DNA of 64,000 nt from a virus (lineage: Duplodnaviria > Caudoviricetes): positions 1 through 64,000 of IMG/VR virus record IMGVR_UViG_3300021164_001175; one strand, 5' to 3'. Position 1 is the stretch's first letter. Every line of letters begins with the position of its first letter. Positions 1-9,995 of the stretch are shown here, one piece after another. The notes beneath the pieces were generated by a model, which made no database searches, was not told the origin of the DNA, and worked only from the letters and a program-made list of their open reading frames with translations. The position numbers were made by a program, and so were the translations under genes.

Positions 1-3
1 AAT

Positions 4-2853
4 TTGTACCGAGCAATTTACAACAATGGCTCAAGAACAATTGTTATTGAGGACATGACATTCAAACAAGGTAAAAATGTTTCATGGGACGGTGGGCTTA
101 TTTACAACGCCTCTGGAACAATGACGTTCAATCGGATAAAGATTTCCAATCATTCATCGTGGGCTTTCTACCAAGGCGGCGGTGGCGTCACCACATTCAA
201 TAATTCTCAATTTACCAATAATGGTTATGCAATTACCTCTGACCATGGCAACACACCTGATGTCCTAAGCCTTACGGACACTGATTACTCAAATCGTATT
301 TATGTCAATGGCTCTACATTTACATCAAATACTTATGGTATTCGTACCGAGCGCTTTGTCAAAATAAATAACAGCCAGTTCACAGGAAACACACAGGTTG
401 GTGCATATTTAGGAGGGCTCAACCGTCAGCAAGTTCTAAATTCAACATTTGCCTCAAACGGTGTTGGTGTGTACTTCTCGTCATGGATTCCAACTTCTTG
501 GACCCCTGGCGCTGGCAACCAAACGGTTTCAGGTAATACATTCAACGGCAATACGACTGCTATTCAGTTTGCAAACAATTGGAATAATGGCTCTTCTGTG
601 TACAACGGAGTAAGTGCAAACTCGTTCTCCACAGCCAGTGGAAACACATTTGGCACTACTGCGCAAAACACAAACAATTTCTCGGGCTCTGGATATGTGG
701 AGTCCAATAACACAATCACTGCGGCGTACCTCAATGCGGTCACAAACCTGACTGCTGTTGCAAACTCAGATGGAAGTGTTGACCTTGATTGGGATGCATC
801 GGCAGCAAGCAATTGCGTTATCTACGGTTACTCGGTTAGTTTCTACGACCTCACCGTAATCGGTGGAGCACAATCAGGTGGTTGGGGAGTTTGGACTAAT
901 CAAGGAACCAACTACTCGTTAAGCACAGGAATGTTCTCCGGCAGTAATCCTGTCACGACTGGATACGGACCAGTTCGTTTTGGTATCAAAGCAATGACGG
1001 CTGGGTGTGCTGGGGTTGGAACTGGTAGTTGCACTTATGGTCCTGAAGTAACTGTTGATGCAACTGTTCTTGACCCGACTCCAGTAACTACAACTACTCC
1101 TACGACTACTATAACCAGTACGACCGTCGTTCCTGTCGTCGTGACTCCCCCAGACGGTACAACAGTGCCACTCCCGCAATACCCAGAGCCTGAAACAGAA
1201 TCCACAACGGTGACGCTTCCCGTAGGAACAGGAACTGGAATCGAATTGCCAACAGAGACAATTCCAGAATACTCAGAACCAATTGGAATAGACCCAACAG
1301 AAAACGAAACGGTAGTAATAATAATTCCATCAGATGAGGTTACCCTCCCAGAAGCAGGAGAAGCAATATCTACAGGAGAACTTGCGGGTATTTTAGATAC
1401 TGCATTCACTCCAGGTGCATCAACAGAGGAAATGACTGAAGTTCTTGATGGACTCCTTGACGCCGATTTGACTGGCAAGCAGTTTGACGCAGTAATTGAT
1501 GCCACTCTTGGCTCGCTTGACGAACCAGGTGCAGATGTTGGTGCCGTGATTGATTCATTCTTGGGGGCAGACCTAAGCGATAAGGAATTCACAAAGGTTC
1601 TTGACGCAGTGTTCTCCGAAGATGTATCTGACGAAGTTTTCGCTGAAGCACTAACAACAATGCTTGATGCTGACCTTAGCGATAAAGAGTTTGACAAAGT
1701 TCTTGATGCAGCATTCTCGGAAACAACATCTCCAGAAGCGATGGTTTCTGCACTCAGTTCAATCTTTGATGGTCCAGCAAGTGGTGGGGACATTTCAAAA
1801 GTAATGGGTGCAGTGTTTGACGAAGACATTTCTGCCGCCGACACCATGACAGTACTTGGCGACTTGCTTGAAACAAACTTGAGCGCGTCAGAAGCAGAAG
1901 CAGTGTTTGACAACGTGTTTGATGCTGACCTCTCTGATGCAGAAACCATTGACCTCATCGTTGATGTATTAGCTGACGAACTCACCTCAGAATTGTTGAA
2001 CGCTGTTCTTGGTTCGGTCTTTGACGAAGAAGTAAGCAACGAGGTTTTGATTGAAACCTTTACCGCTGTATTGGGTGGCGAACTGAATGCCGAGTCAGTC
2101 GGCGTCATCGTGGACGTGTTGGAGTCAGACACGATTACGAGCGAGCAGGTTGGACAAGTCGTTACGTTGGTAATTGAACAAGAGGGCGGCATTGAGTCAG
2201 GTCAAGCAACCGAACTTGCAACGAGTGCCAAGGTTCTTGAAAGCATTGACGGCGAACAAGCAACTGCAGTGTTTAACGCAATCGTTGTTTCTGAAGTTTC
2301 CGAAGAGGCTGGTGCTGCAATTTCCGAAGCACTTACCGAGGCATCGACCGATGTTAAAGAATCATTTGAAGAAGAGATAAATGTGTTTGCTGGAGTGTTT
2401 GACACGTATACCGCAGTCGGTTCTTCCATAGATGTTGGTACAAGACGAAGTGTTATTGCTGTAAACTTGGTGACCAGCACTGTGGCTCTTGCCTCTGCTG
2501 CTGGTGGAATACCAACCCCCGGACCTTCTACACCTTCTGCACCACGACAAGATGTCGCGGCTCGGAGAGAAGAAGAAGAGACAGAAGAGGGTGGAGCAAT
2601 CGAGGGCGAAGGTCCTGATTGGATTAAGAGAATATCTATTTACAAATATGAGGATGGAGTGAGAATCATGGACTGGAAGAACTTCGCAAGAAAGTTTGTT
2701 TATGGGGTTATGGCATCTGGTTTCACCCTTGCCGGTGCCACCGTTATGTATTTCACCCTCTCTGGATTGACGCAACAAATTGCCCTATGGGGAACCGTCC
2801 TTGCTTTCACTGCATCCATGTATCTCCATATGAAAGAGCCAGACAGCGACTAA
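4..2853 (+). CDS. Large membrane-anchored protein (5' end probably outside window): parallel beta-helix (pectate-lyase-like) repeats, FN3-like segment, Thr/Pro linker, acidic helical repeats, two C-terminal TM helices
   Basis: Repeated N-S-x-F-x-x-N turns; TTTTPTTTITSTT linker; repeated LDADLSDKEFxKVLDAxF units; hydrophobic C-terminal segments; ORF open to the window edge. Confidence 0.7.
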   Translation: MYRAIYNNGSRTIVIEDMTFKQGKNVSWDGGLIYNASGTMTFNRIKISNHSSWAFYQGGGGVTTFNNSQFTNNGYAITSDHGNTPDVLSLTDTDYSNRIYVNGSTFTSNTYGIRTERFVKINNSQFTGNTQVGAYLGGLNRQQVLNSTFASNGVGVYFSSWIPTSWTPGAGNQTVSGNTFNGNTTAIQFANNWNNGSSVYNGVSANSFSTASGNTFGTTAQNTNNFSGSGYVESNNTITAAYLNAVTNLTAVANSDGSVDLDWDASAASNCVIYGYSVSFYDLTVIGGAQSGGWGVWTNQGTNYSLSTGMFSGSNPVTTGYGPVRFGIKAMTAGCAGVGTGSCTYGPEVTVDATVLDPTPVTTTTPTTTITSTTVVPVVVTPPDGTTVPLPQYPEPETESTTVTLPVGTGTGIELPTETIPEYSEPIGIDPTENETVVIIIPSDEVTLPEAGEAISTGELAGILDTAFTPGASTEEMTEVLDGLLDADLTGKQFDAVIDATLGSLDEPGADVGAVIDSFLGADLSDKEFTKVLDAVFSEDVSDEVFAEALTTMLDADLSDKEFDKVLDAAFSETTSPEAMVSALSSIFDGPASGGDISKVMGAVFDEDISAADTMTVLGDLLETNLSASEAEAVFDNVFDADLSDAETIDLIVDVLADELTSELLNAVLGSVFDEEVSNEVLIETFTAVLGGELNAESVGVIVDVLESDTITSEQVGQVVTLVIEQEGGIESGQATELATSAKVLESIDGEQATAVFNAIVVSEVSEEAGAAISEALTEASTDVKESFEEEINVFAGVFDTYTAVGSSIDVGTRRSVIAVNLVTSTVALASAAGGIPTPGPSTPSAPRQDVAARREEEETEEGGAIEGEGPDWIKRISIYKYEDGVRIMDWKNFARKFVYGVMASGFTLAGATVMYFTLSGLTQQIALWGTVLAFTASMYLHMKEPDSD

Positions 2854-2947
2854 TTAAAATAGGTGTATTTTAAAACGCCCTATATATTGTAAGATTTTAC
2901 GGCGCTCGTGTTACGCGCATTTGTTCACATTTTGCAAAGGACCTGAC

Positions 2948-3697
2948 ATGAGTAAAGTTGCGTGGGATTACATCGTCCCAATGGTTATGCCTGCTGACCT
3001 AAAAGGGGTTACCCCTGGGAAACTGCCCGAAGCATTGCTTAGAGCAATCCCAACTGGAGGAAAACTCCATCACCGAGCTGCAGATGCTTGGAATGCAATG
3101 GTTGCAAAAGCCAAGGCAGATGGAGTCGAACTTAAACCCACGAGCTCCGGCGATTTATATCGCACATATGAGAGCCAACTGGCGGGATTCAAACAACGCT
3201 ACGTTCTAGAGCCAGTAGTCGGAACGAGTACCAAGACGTTTGAAGGCAAAACTTGGTACCTCAAAAAGGGTATGGCCATGCTGGCTACACCAGGTAAGTC
3301 AAACCATAATCTAGGTTTGGCTGTCGATATTGCCAGTGCTTCAGAACCAAAGAGATTGAACTGGCTTATTGCAAACGTCAAAGATTTTGGGTTCAGTTGG
3401 GAAGTTGTTCCAAGCGAGCCATGGCATTTACGACTAGTAACTGGTGACAAGCCAACACCAGCCGTTATGGCATTTATTGGTGGTGCTGCTCCAGTGGTGA
3501 ACCTAAACACAACACCGCCTATCCATGACCACAAAGCCCTACAAGAGGCTCTGAAGGCTAAGGGATTCTACAAGGGTGAAATCAATGGTCTAAAAGATGC
3601 TGCGACAGATGCGGCGGTAAAAGCATTCAAGGTTGCAAATAAACTCAATGCTGACTCCGTTGTCGGTCCAAAAGTAAAAGAATTGCTTGGTCTCTAA
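2948..3697 (+). CDS. Endolysin: M15 (VanY-like) peptidase plus C-terminal peptidoglycan-binding domain
   Basis: SNHNLGLAVD and EPWH zinc-peptidase motifs; C-terminal LQEALKAKGFY...AVKAFK...DSVVGPK (PG_binding_1-like). Confidence 0.85.
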   Translation: MSKVAWDYIVPMVMPADLKGVTPGKLPEALLRAIPTGGKLHHRAADAWNAMVAKAKADGVELKPTSSGDLYRTYESQLAGFKQRYVLEPVVGTSTKTFEGKTWYLKKGMAMLATPGKSNHNLGLAVDIASASEPKRLNWLIANVKDFGFSWEVVPSEPWHLRLVTGDKPTPAVMAFIGGAAPVVNLNTTPPIHDHKALQEALKAKGFYKGEINGLKDAATDAAVKAFKVANKLNADSVVGPKVKELLGL

Positions 3698-3963
3698 TGG
3701 AACTCATTTGGGCATCAGCCGTAACAGGCGCATTCAGCGTTCTCGCGCTCCTAATTGAAAAGGGTCGTCGTGAGAACACTCGTGACCACGGAGTCGTTAA
3801 AGAGCGTCTGGATGCCCTTAGAGAGGGGATTAGAGACATAGATGAGGATGTTGACTACATTGCTGGGAAACTTGACGGCCACATTGCAGACCACGATTTT
3901 GTTGACCTTTTTCAGCCAAACTTCTTGAAAGAAAAGTCTTCAAAGAAAAAGAGCAAAAAATGA
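3697..3963 (+). CDS. Small membrane protein, holin-like or lysis accessory
   Basis: N-terminal TM helix then coiled coil; overlaps endolysin stop (TAATG). Confidence 0.55.
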   Translation: MELIWASAVTGAFSVLALLIEKGRRENTRDHGVVKERLDALREGIRDIDEDVDYIAGKLDGHIADHDFVDLFQPNFLKEKSSKKKSKK

Positions 3964-4190
3964 GCAAGAAGCCTGCAAAAAAACTGTCCTCCCCAGTGGT
4001 CTCTGTCCCAAAGATTGACGAGGGAACCCAGGTTCTTTATGTTGGAGCCACCCCATCGGTGCGCCACGAGTGCCCAGAATGTGGCAAGATTACAGGTAGA
4101 GGAATGCTCCGAGATTTTAAGAGCGTTCTTTACTGCTCACGTAGTTGTGTGGCGGCGGTGCGAAGGGCTTCTGAAGTTCAGCCTGCCTGA
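3960..4190 (+). CDS. Small Cys4 zinc-finger-like protein
   Basis: CPEC...CSRSC; ATGA coupling to upstream gene. Confidence 0.5.
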   Translation: MSKKPAKKLSSPVVSVPKIDEGTQVLYVGATPSVRHECPECGKITGRGMLRDFKSVLYCSRSCVAAVRRASEVQPA

Positions 4191-4228
4191 AAACGACCTG
4201 TATTCCCTAAATCTAACCAGAGGAGCCA

Positions 4229-4576
4229 ATGGCAACTGGTCAAAGTGAAATGATGTGGCACAATGACGGCCATATCCTGCATCTTCAAATAAACAAGGCC
4301 GAACTAAAGATAGTTCAAGTCACTTGCCCGAATGCAGAAAAGGAAGACGGAGCCTGTCAAATCCCGCACATTGGTTGCGTCGTGTCTGAGTTTGCTTTCC
4401 GGTATGGGCTTGACTGCAATGCTGGTGTCTGTCCTGCTACAGAGAACATGGAAATCTGTTGGACGAGTGTAGGCAGTCAAACCGACATTGATTCAATGCA
4501 ACTTTGGTTCATGCCAGTCAATGATGATGTATTTGGAGCTTGGCTCAATACAAAAAACCCTGAACTATCTAGCTAG
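4229..4576 (+). CDS. Cys-rich hypothetical protein
   Basis: AGGAG RBS upstream; 115 aa with several Cys. Confidence 0.6.
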   Translation: MATGQSEMMWHNDGHILHLQINKAELKIVQVTCPNAEKEDGACQIPHIGCVVSEFAFRYGLDCNAGVCPATENMEICWTSVGSQTDIDSMQLWFMPVNDDVFGAWLNTKNPELSS

Positions 4577-5003
4577 ATAGCAGAGGTTTTTGGTCTTCCT
4601 CTTTTGGAAGGCTTGTAATCATGCCTAAAAGGTGACGTATATCAGCATGTTTTCCGACTTCAGAAACATTGAGCGAGTAGTGATTTTGTCGTCTTACTTT
4701 TGTCTTTGTAATTAGGTTGTTGTCAATCAAATCTTTGATGATATTTGTGACGACACCTTCACTTACATCAATGTAAACCGCCAATGCCCGCTGGGTTATT
4801 TCGGGATATTCCCCCAGTGTCACAAGTACTCGACCAGTAGTTGTTAATATTTTAACGCCAGGATTATTCCCTGACTCGTACTTGAGTGATTCCTTGGCGT
4901 TTATGTTGCTCAGGATTTCAGCCACTAAATGCTCAATCGCGCCTGGACCATTACCCCTTTTTAATAGGTCCTTTAATTCTTGCATGTATTTATCTGTATC
5001 CAT
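4569..5003 (-). CDS. MarR-like winged-helix DNA-binding protein
   Basis: ITQRALAVYIDVSEGVVTNIIKDLIDNNLITKTKVRRQNHYSL wHTH pattern. Confidence 0.7.
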   Translation of the reverse strand: MDTDKYMQELKDLLKRGNGPGAIEHLVAEILSNINAKESLKYESGNNPGVKILTTTGRVLVTLGEYPEITQRALAVYIDVSEGVVTNIIKDLIDNNLITKTKVRRQNHYSLNVSEVGKHADIRHLLGMITSLPKEEDQKPLLSS

Positions 5004-5102
5004 GTGTGCAACAATACACGACAACGGTGTGTTACTGTGTACCTAAGTTACACGGTTGTAGTACATTGTAATCTGGCGAAACCAAAACAAAGGATGTTAA
5101 CT

Positions 5103-5384
5103 ATGGGGGAATCAGTGTCTTCTAAGCTTTCGGAAAAGTTTAAAGTACTTGCCGAACAATCTTCTGCATACGATTGCAAAATTGCCAATATTTTTGCTTC
5201 GTTTGACGACGATGAGGGGAAAGAGTCTTTTGACCTAGTTCTGAGAAGTAATGCTTCTATGAGCGCAATTGCAAATGCCCTAAAGGAAGACGGGTTTGTT
5301 ATTACCCGTCAATATATTACCCAAAAACGTAGGTGCTACCTAACCAACGATTCTTGCAAATGCAGAGGAATGGCTCCAAAATGA
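5103..5384 (+). CDS. Hypothetical protein (HTH-like, C-terminal Cys cluster)
   Basis: Coupled to downstream phosphoesterase (ATGA). Confidence 0.5.
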   Translation: MGESVSSKLSEKFKVLAEQSSAYDCKIANIFASFDDDEGKESFDLVLRSNASMSAIANALKEDGFVITRQYITQKRRCYLTNDSCKCRGMAPK

Positions 5385-6580
5385 AATCGACCGGCTCAAA
5401 GATAAAGAACATGGCCACTCAAACTCGTTCCGATGAGCGAATCAAGTCAATGGCTGAATCAATCGCTAATCTCCTAGCAGAAAAGGGGATGGATGAGTCT
5501 GACCTAGATGCTTTTGGGGCACCGAAAGTAACCCATCGAGTTGTTACTGATGATGCAGGAAACTCAAAGTCAACAGTTACTACAGCAATTCAGCTTTCCC
5601 CCAAGTGGGAACAGGGTCCACAGTGGCCAATCGTCACGCCAGGACCGACAATACGGCTACAAAAGCCAAAGGCAAAACCTGCCAAGACAACTGGCTGGGA
5701 GAGCGCCCTGATTATTCCCGATATTCAGATTGGGTACTACCGAAAGTCAATGGATGCTTGGGACTTGGAACCAATCCATGATGAGAAGGCAATTGAGATT
5801 TCACTTGCTATAGCACGGAAGTATCAACCAGACCAAATAATCATGGTTGGTGACAACTTGGACTTTGCTGAGTTTGGTTCGTTTGACACTGAGCCTGCAT
5901 TCAAGCAAATGGTTCAGCCGACTATTGACCGAGGAACACTCCTATGTGCACAGTTCAGAGACGCTGCTCCTCATGCCAAGATAGTTTGGATTCAGGGCAA
6001 CCATGAACAAAGATTGCCACGCTATCAAGTTAGAAACTTTGAAGCAGCCCATGGAATAACGGTTGGAAGGCTTCCTGATGAAGCGCGAGCGAACTATCCA
6101 TTATTCTCGGTTCCTGTCGCTCTACGCATGGATGAATTTGATATCACTTATTTGAGTGGATACCCAGAGAATCGCTACTTCATCAACTCAAACCTAATGG
6201 TTGTTCACGGAGACAAGGTTGTTTCTAATAACTCAACCACCAAAAAGTACCTAGATAACGAACGTATATCTGTCATCTATGGACATATCCATCGTAACGA
6301 AGTTGCTTATAGAACAAGGGCTACAGAGGATGGACCGAGAACAATCATGGCTGCAAGCCCTGGATGTTTGTGCAGAATTGACGGAGCCGTACCATCTGCG
6401 AAATCTGGAAGAAACGATTTTGGTCTTCCGATATACAAGGGTGCAGAGAATTGGCAACAGGGTCTTGCAATGGTTCAGTATCAACCAAAGGGTGTTGGCG
6501 GGGAATACTTTAGTTACGAGCCAATGTGGATATTTGATGGTCGTGGAAACTTCCGTGGTGAGGAATATAAGGCAGACTAA
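5381..6580 (+). CDS. Calcineurin-like metallophosphoesterase
   Basis: DIQ, GDNLD, GNHE, HG, GHIH motifs. Confidence 0.85.
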   Translation: MKSTGSKIKNMATQTRSDERIKSMAESIANLLAEKGMDESDLDAFGAPKVTHRVVTDDAGNSKSTVTTAIQLSPKWEQGPQWPIVTPGPTIRLQKPKAKPAKTTGWESALIIPDIQIGYYRKSMDAWDLEPIHDEKAIEISLAIARKYQPDQIIMVGDNLDFAEFGSFDTEPAFKQMVQPTIDRGTLLCAQFRDAAPHAKIVWIQGNHEQRLPRYQVRNFEAAHGITVGRLPDEARANYPLFSVPVALRMDEFDITYLSGYPENRYFINSNLMVVHGDKVVSNNSTTKKYLDNERISVIYGHIHRNEVAYRTRATEDGPRTIMAASPGCLCRIDGAVPSAKSGRNDFGLPIYKGAENWQQGLAMVQYQPKGVGGEYFSYEPMWIFDGRGNFRGEEYKAD

Positions 6581-7203
6581 TGACAACAATCATCGGAATC
6601 CAAGGTGATGGCTTTGCTTTAGTTTGCACTGACTCACAGGTTTCCGATATTGACACTCAGGGTTATGCAACACAGATTGCAACCTTGCGTGAATCTGCTT
6701 CAAAAATAGCCAGCAATGGCAGGTACTTGCTAGGCGCGGCGGGCGATGTTCGAGCAATCAACATCCTGCATCATGCATTTACTCCCCCAACGGCACCAGC
6801 AAACCTTAAGGGGAAAAGGCTTGACCACTTCATGACGGTGAAATTCATACCGGCATTGCGGGAATGCTTTGAAACTCAGGGTTACGCAATCCCCCAGAGT
6901 GATTCCTCGGAGCATATTGCCGAGCAGGGTTCAAGCATTATCGTTGTAATCAATGGAATTATCTATGTGATTGACGGTACTTACTCGTGGTATTCAGATA
7001 CAGCCGGCTTCTATGCCATAGGGACGGGCGCGCAATATGCATTAGGAGCTATAGCTTCTATGGTTCCGAAGGGAAAACTTACAATTGCTTCTGCCAAAAA
7101 GATGGCGATAAAGGCGATTGCTATTGCTGCAAAGTTCGACCCATACACCGGGTTCCCGTACCATACCCAGATACAGGAAGCAGAAGTCAAACCAAGAGTT
7201 TAG
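6580..7203 (+). CDS. Proteasome beta-subunit / HslV-like Ntn-hydrolase protease
   Basis: N-terminal M-T-T-I-I-G, DSQ, GAAG, AIGTGAQYALGA, AKFDPYTG motifs. Confidence 0.85.
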   Translation: MTTIIGIQGDGFALVCTDSQVSDIDTQGYATQIATLRESASKIASNGRYLLGAAGDVRAINILHHAFTPPTAPANLKGKRLDHFMTVKFIPALRECFETQGYAIPQSDSSEHIAEQGSSIIVVINGIIYVIDGTYSWYSDTAGFYAIGTGAQYALGAIASMVPKGKLTIASAKKMAIKAIAIAAKFDPYTGFPYHTQIQEAEVKPRV

Positions 7204-7458
7204 TGAAACTGTTTAAGGCTTTAGTGAAATAACAGTTTCTGTATTCGGAGCAAGCTCCTCTTGGTCACGTTGATTACAAACGCACTCTTTGTTAGAGCAG
7301 TAGTAATAAGCGTCTTCATCAAAGCTGTGGATTCCTTCCATACACACACCATACACCAAGATGTTTTTGCTATGCCAAAACTTGATTAATAATGCTGCTT
7401 TAATATCTCTCGGTATCAAAAAGATACTTAAAACTGACGGAAATTGGTGATGTTTTAA

Positions 7459-7788
7459 ATGGCAAATAAAAAATACATATCCACGAAACCGGTTAGCATA
7501 CAATCAAAAGCGGATAAATCTGAATGGATGGAAGTCGCTTCTTGCAAGGGTTTGACTCATTTGATGTTCCCAAAAGAACATAAGGACATCACCTATATTG
7601 CAACCGCTAGAGGGATATGTAAAGAGTGTCCATCCAAGAAACCGTGTCTTGAGTATGCACTCGAATTCCCACCAGCAGACATGCATGGAGTGTGGGCAGG
7701 ACTTACTTCAAGGCAGTTAGCAGCCGAACAAAAGCGGCGCGGAGTAAAACCATGTAGGCCGACACTCGCTCAAATGTGGGGTGACTGA
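7459..7788 (+). CDS. whiB: WhiB-family Fe-S transcription factor
   Basis: W...ASCKG...FP...ARGICKECPSKKPCLEYAL...HGVWAGLT: four Cys plus GVWAG. Confidence 0.9.
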   Translation: MANKKYISTKPVSIQSKADKSEWMEVASCKGLTHLMFPKEHKDITYIATARGICKECPSKKPCLEYALEFPPADMHGVWAGLTSRQLAAEQKRRGVKPCRPTLAQMWGD

Positions 7789-7878
7789 TGGAAGCAAGAC
7801 TCTGCTCCTGTATCAAGAAAAAAGTAATCCCATCAATGCCAGTGTGTGGTGAAAAGCTTGATGATTTTGATGACTGAT

Positions 7879-7954
7879 TGGCTGGCGAGGTAGGGGTCGA
7901 ACCTACGACAAGCGGATTAACAGTCCGCTGCTCTGCCAACTGAGCTACTCGCCA
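7879..7954 (-). tRNA. tRNA-Asn (GTT), CCA encoded
   Basis: TGGCGAG/CTCGCCA acceptor stem, D-arm AGCTCAGTTGGCAGAGC, anticodon loop CTGTTAA, GGTTCGA T-loop, 3' GCCA. Confidence 0.95.
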
Positions 7955-7959
7955 ATACG

Positions 7960-8032
7960 CGCCTTGGGTAGGAATCGAACCTACGGCCAACAGATTAGAA
8001 GTCTGATGCTCTATCCCCTGAGCTACCAAGGC
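7960..8032 (-). tRNA. tRNA-Arg (TCT), CCA not encoded
   Basis: GCCTTGG/CCAAGGC acceptor stem, anticodon loop CTTCTAA, GGTTCGATTCC T-arm. Confidence 0.93.
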
Positions 8033-8064
8033 TTTACTGCTATTTAGAAGGTTCGCTAATCCTT

Positions 8065-8295
8065 CTAAACATTATGGTTGTCAAATGCACGCTGAGCGAT
8101 TTGGTTTATCTCGTCGCTTAGTTCGTCACCCACACTGCTTGGATTGTCCCAACCCAGTTCATCCATGAGCCATACGGTCAGCTCATAAACGGCACGCTCC
8201 AATAGGAATATCTGCTCTTTTTGCGACTTTGGGATAGGGCCTAGTTTGTACTGTCCGGATTCCCACTGTCTTGGTGATGTGTATGTAAATTGCAT
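8065..8295 (-). CDS. Hypothetical protein
   Basis: AAGGGGAAG RBS; fits minus-strand operon. Confidence 0.55.
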   Translation of the reverse strand: MQFTYTSPRQWESGQYKLGPIPKSQKEQIFLLERAVYELTVWLMDELGWDNPSSVGDELSDEINQIAQRAFDNHNV

Positions 8296-8362
8296 TTCTT
8301 CCCCTTATATCTACTTAGTAGTGATTGACTTAATGTTCTTAAATCCTACAAGGACTTTACAA

Positions 8363-8605
8363 TTATTGAAACTCGTCTGGCAATTTGCTATATGCCTTAT
8401 GCCAGCCATCCTCGTCAGGGCAGTACTCAAGGTGAGTGGCAGCACGACCTTCGCAGAACTCGCAGAACCCAGAGTTTGCTAGACCGATAGCGATGTCCTT
8501 CCAGTAGTCACGTTCGTCCTCGGTCTCCTTGAGTTGCCGGAATGCCATCATGTTCATGGAGATGACTTTGGTTTTGTCCATCGGCTCATTCATGGCGATG
8601 TCCAA
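8363..8605 (-). CDS. Hypothetical protein
   Basis: Fits minus-strand operon; CxxC...C. Confidence 0.5.
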   Translation of the reverse strand: MDIAMNEPMDKTKVISMNMMAFRQLKETEDERDYWKDIAIGLANSGFCEFCEGRAATHLEYCPDEDGWHKAYSKLPDEFQ

Positions 8606-8693
8606 TCAATAGAACGGCGGCGGGCATTAAAGCAAGGGTTAAGCGGTTCATGGTGATTCCCTTCAATGGAGTAGTGAGTAAGAGAGACATTAC

Positions 8694-9038
8694 CTAGAGG
8701 ACTCTAATATTACAGGTACGGCAGAACTCCATGCCATCAATATTCTCCAGAACCATATTGCACTTCCTCTTCCCACAGGGAGTACAGATAGGTTCCCCAT
8801 AGAGAAGGGCTTGAAGTCTTGTCTGGTCATCAGCAAGGGAGAACTGTCCGGGTCCTGGCTCAGGAATCCCACGTTCCTCGTCAATAAAGCGAAGTACGGC
8901 ATAGAGCACCAAACGATTCAGGCTCCAAGAACGGGCGGCGGCATATTCAAGAATCTTGTGCTTCTGAGTCCCAGTTAGTCGTAATAGGAGAGAGTAGTAC
9001 CTATCTGGTCTAGAAGGGATAGAAGGCTTACGACCCAT
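8694..9038 (-). CDS. Ribbon-helix-helix-like DNA-binding protein with C-terminal Cys4
   Basis: LLLRLTGTQKHKILEYAAARSWSLNRLV; CTPC...C...CRTC. Confidence 0.55.
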   Translation of the reverse strand: MGRKPSIPSRPDRYYSLLLRLTGTQKHKILEYAAARSWSLNRLVLYAVLRFIDEERGIPEPGPGQFSLADDQTRLQALLYGEPICTPCGKRKCNMVLENIDGMEFCRTCNIRVL

Positions 9039-9195
9039 CTCTAACCATGAGCATCATCAGGTACTCAGTAATAGACATATCGTAATTGTCAGATTTCTCT
9101 ATGAGCATTACCTTCTCGGCTCTCTTGATACGGAGAGTCAGGGTAGTTACTTCCTTGACGGGAACTACTGGCTTACGACCTGTACGTTTCTTCAT
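9028..9195 (-). CDS. Small ribbon-helix-helix-like protein
   Basis: TLTLRIKRAEKVMLIEKSDNYDMSITEYL; AAGGAG RBS. Confidence 0.55.
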   Translation of the reverse strand: MKKRTGRKPVVPVKEVTTLTLRIKRAEKVMLIEKSDNYDMSITEYLMMLMVRDGS

Positions 9196-9197
9196 GG

Positions 9198-9395
9198 TTA
9201 CTCCTTTGCCCAATACTCGCCACAATAGTCGTAACTAGAGGTAATCGGTTGTTCAAATGAAAGTTTATTTTCAATGACTATAGAGAAAGGGGGATAGCGC
9301 CTACAGATTCCAAGGTTGTCTAAGGGATTGGGAACCACTGAATCCCAGAACTTGCAGTTACCACACTCCCCGAATACGGCAGTAGCGATGTCCAT
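9198..9395 (-). CDS. Small Cys4 metal-binding protein
   Basis: CGNCKFW...GICRRYPP...DYCGE. Confidence 0.55.
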   Translation of the reverse strand: MDIATAVFGECGNCKFWDSVVPNPLDNLGICRRYPPFSIVIENKLSFEQPITSSYDYCGEYWAKE

Positions 9396-9542
9396 ATCAA
9401 ATACCCAGACGAAGTAGGTGAAAGAACACCCAGGGTGAGTAACCACGGAGAGTGATAGCAAAGGCACATATGACGAGGAGAATAAGAATGATGGTGAAAG
9501 TGACCCTTTGCGTCCGTCTTTTTCCAAATTCTCTGAGTCTTG

Positions 9543-9995
9543 TCATTGTAATTTGAGTCGTTCCCGTAGGTGGAGTTCACATACTCTCTCATACGTGGCA
9601 ATGAACAGCTCTCTGTCCCCGTTGGTGTGGAGCTCGTAAGCCTGATTGCCGATATCCGCCACCGTCAATCGGATTACTTCGTGTACGGGTATCTCCTCGT
9701 AGATGCCGGAGTGAGCATTCTTGGCTAACTGTTGGAGTGTTCCCCATGCTGCCAACCCTGAGGGAATCTTGTCTCCCTGCTTTTCGATGATGGCTCTACG
9801 GATATTCCCAGGTGTGGGCATGTAAACACTGTAAGTGGTTAACTCTAGGAAGGTGTCATACACCACCGTCGCATCAAACTCACCTAATAAGTCAAACCAG
9901 ACTCGTTGAACATCTTGGATGGTAGAGCGAAGCAGTGTTTGGTTATGAGCCGCATAGGCACGATTCACTATTTCTACCATCTCTAGCTTATCCAC
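9543..9995 (-). CDS. Replicative helicase loader/inhibitor (G39P-like) protein
   Basis: VWFDLLGEFD...MPTPGNIR pattern typical of phage loader/inhibitor proteins. Confidence 0.55.
   Translation of the reverse strand: MDKLEMVEIVNRAYAAHNQTLLRSTIQDVQRVWFDLLGEFDATVVYDTFLELTTYSVYMPTPGNIRRAIIEKQGDKIPSGLAAWGTLQQLAKNAHSGIYEEIPVHEVIRLTVADIGNQAYELHTNGDRELFIATYERVCELHLRERLKLQ

Noticed and set aside
1035-2192. 385-aa minus-strand ORF and similar antisense ORFs (for example 42250-43890, 61385-62374)
   Set aside because: Ser/Thr-rich shadow frames of real genes on the opposite strand.
7703-8029. 108-aa minus-strand ORF
   Set aside because: It is a translation of the two tRNA genes.
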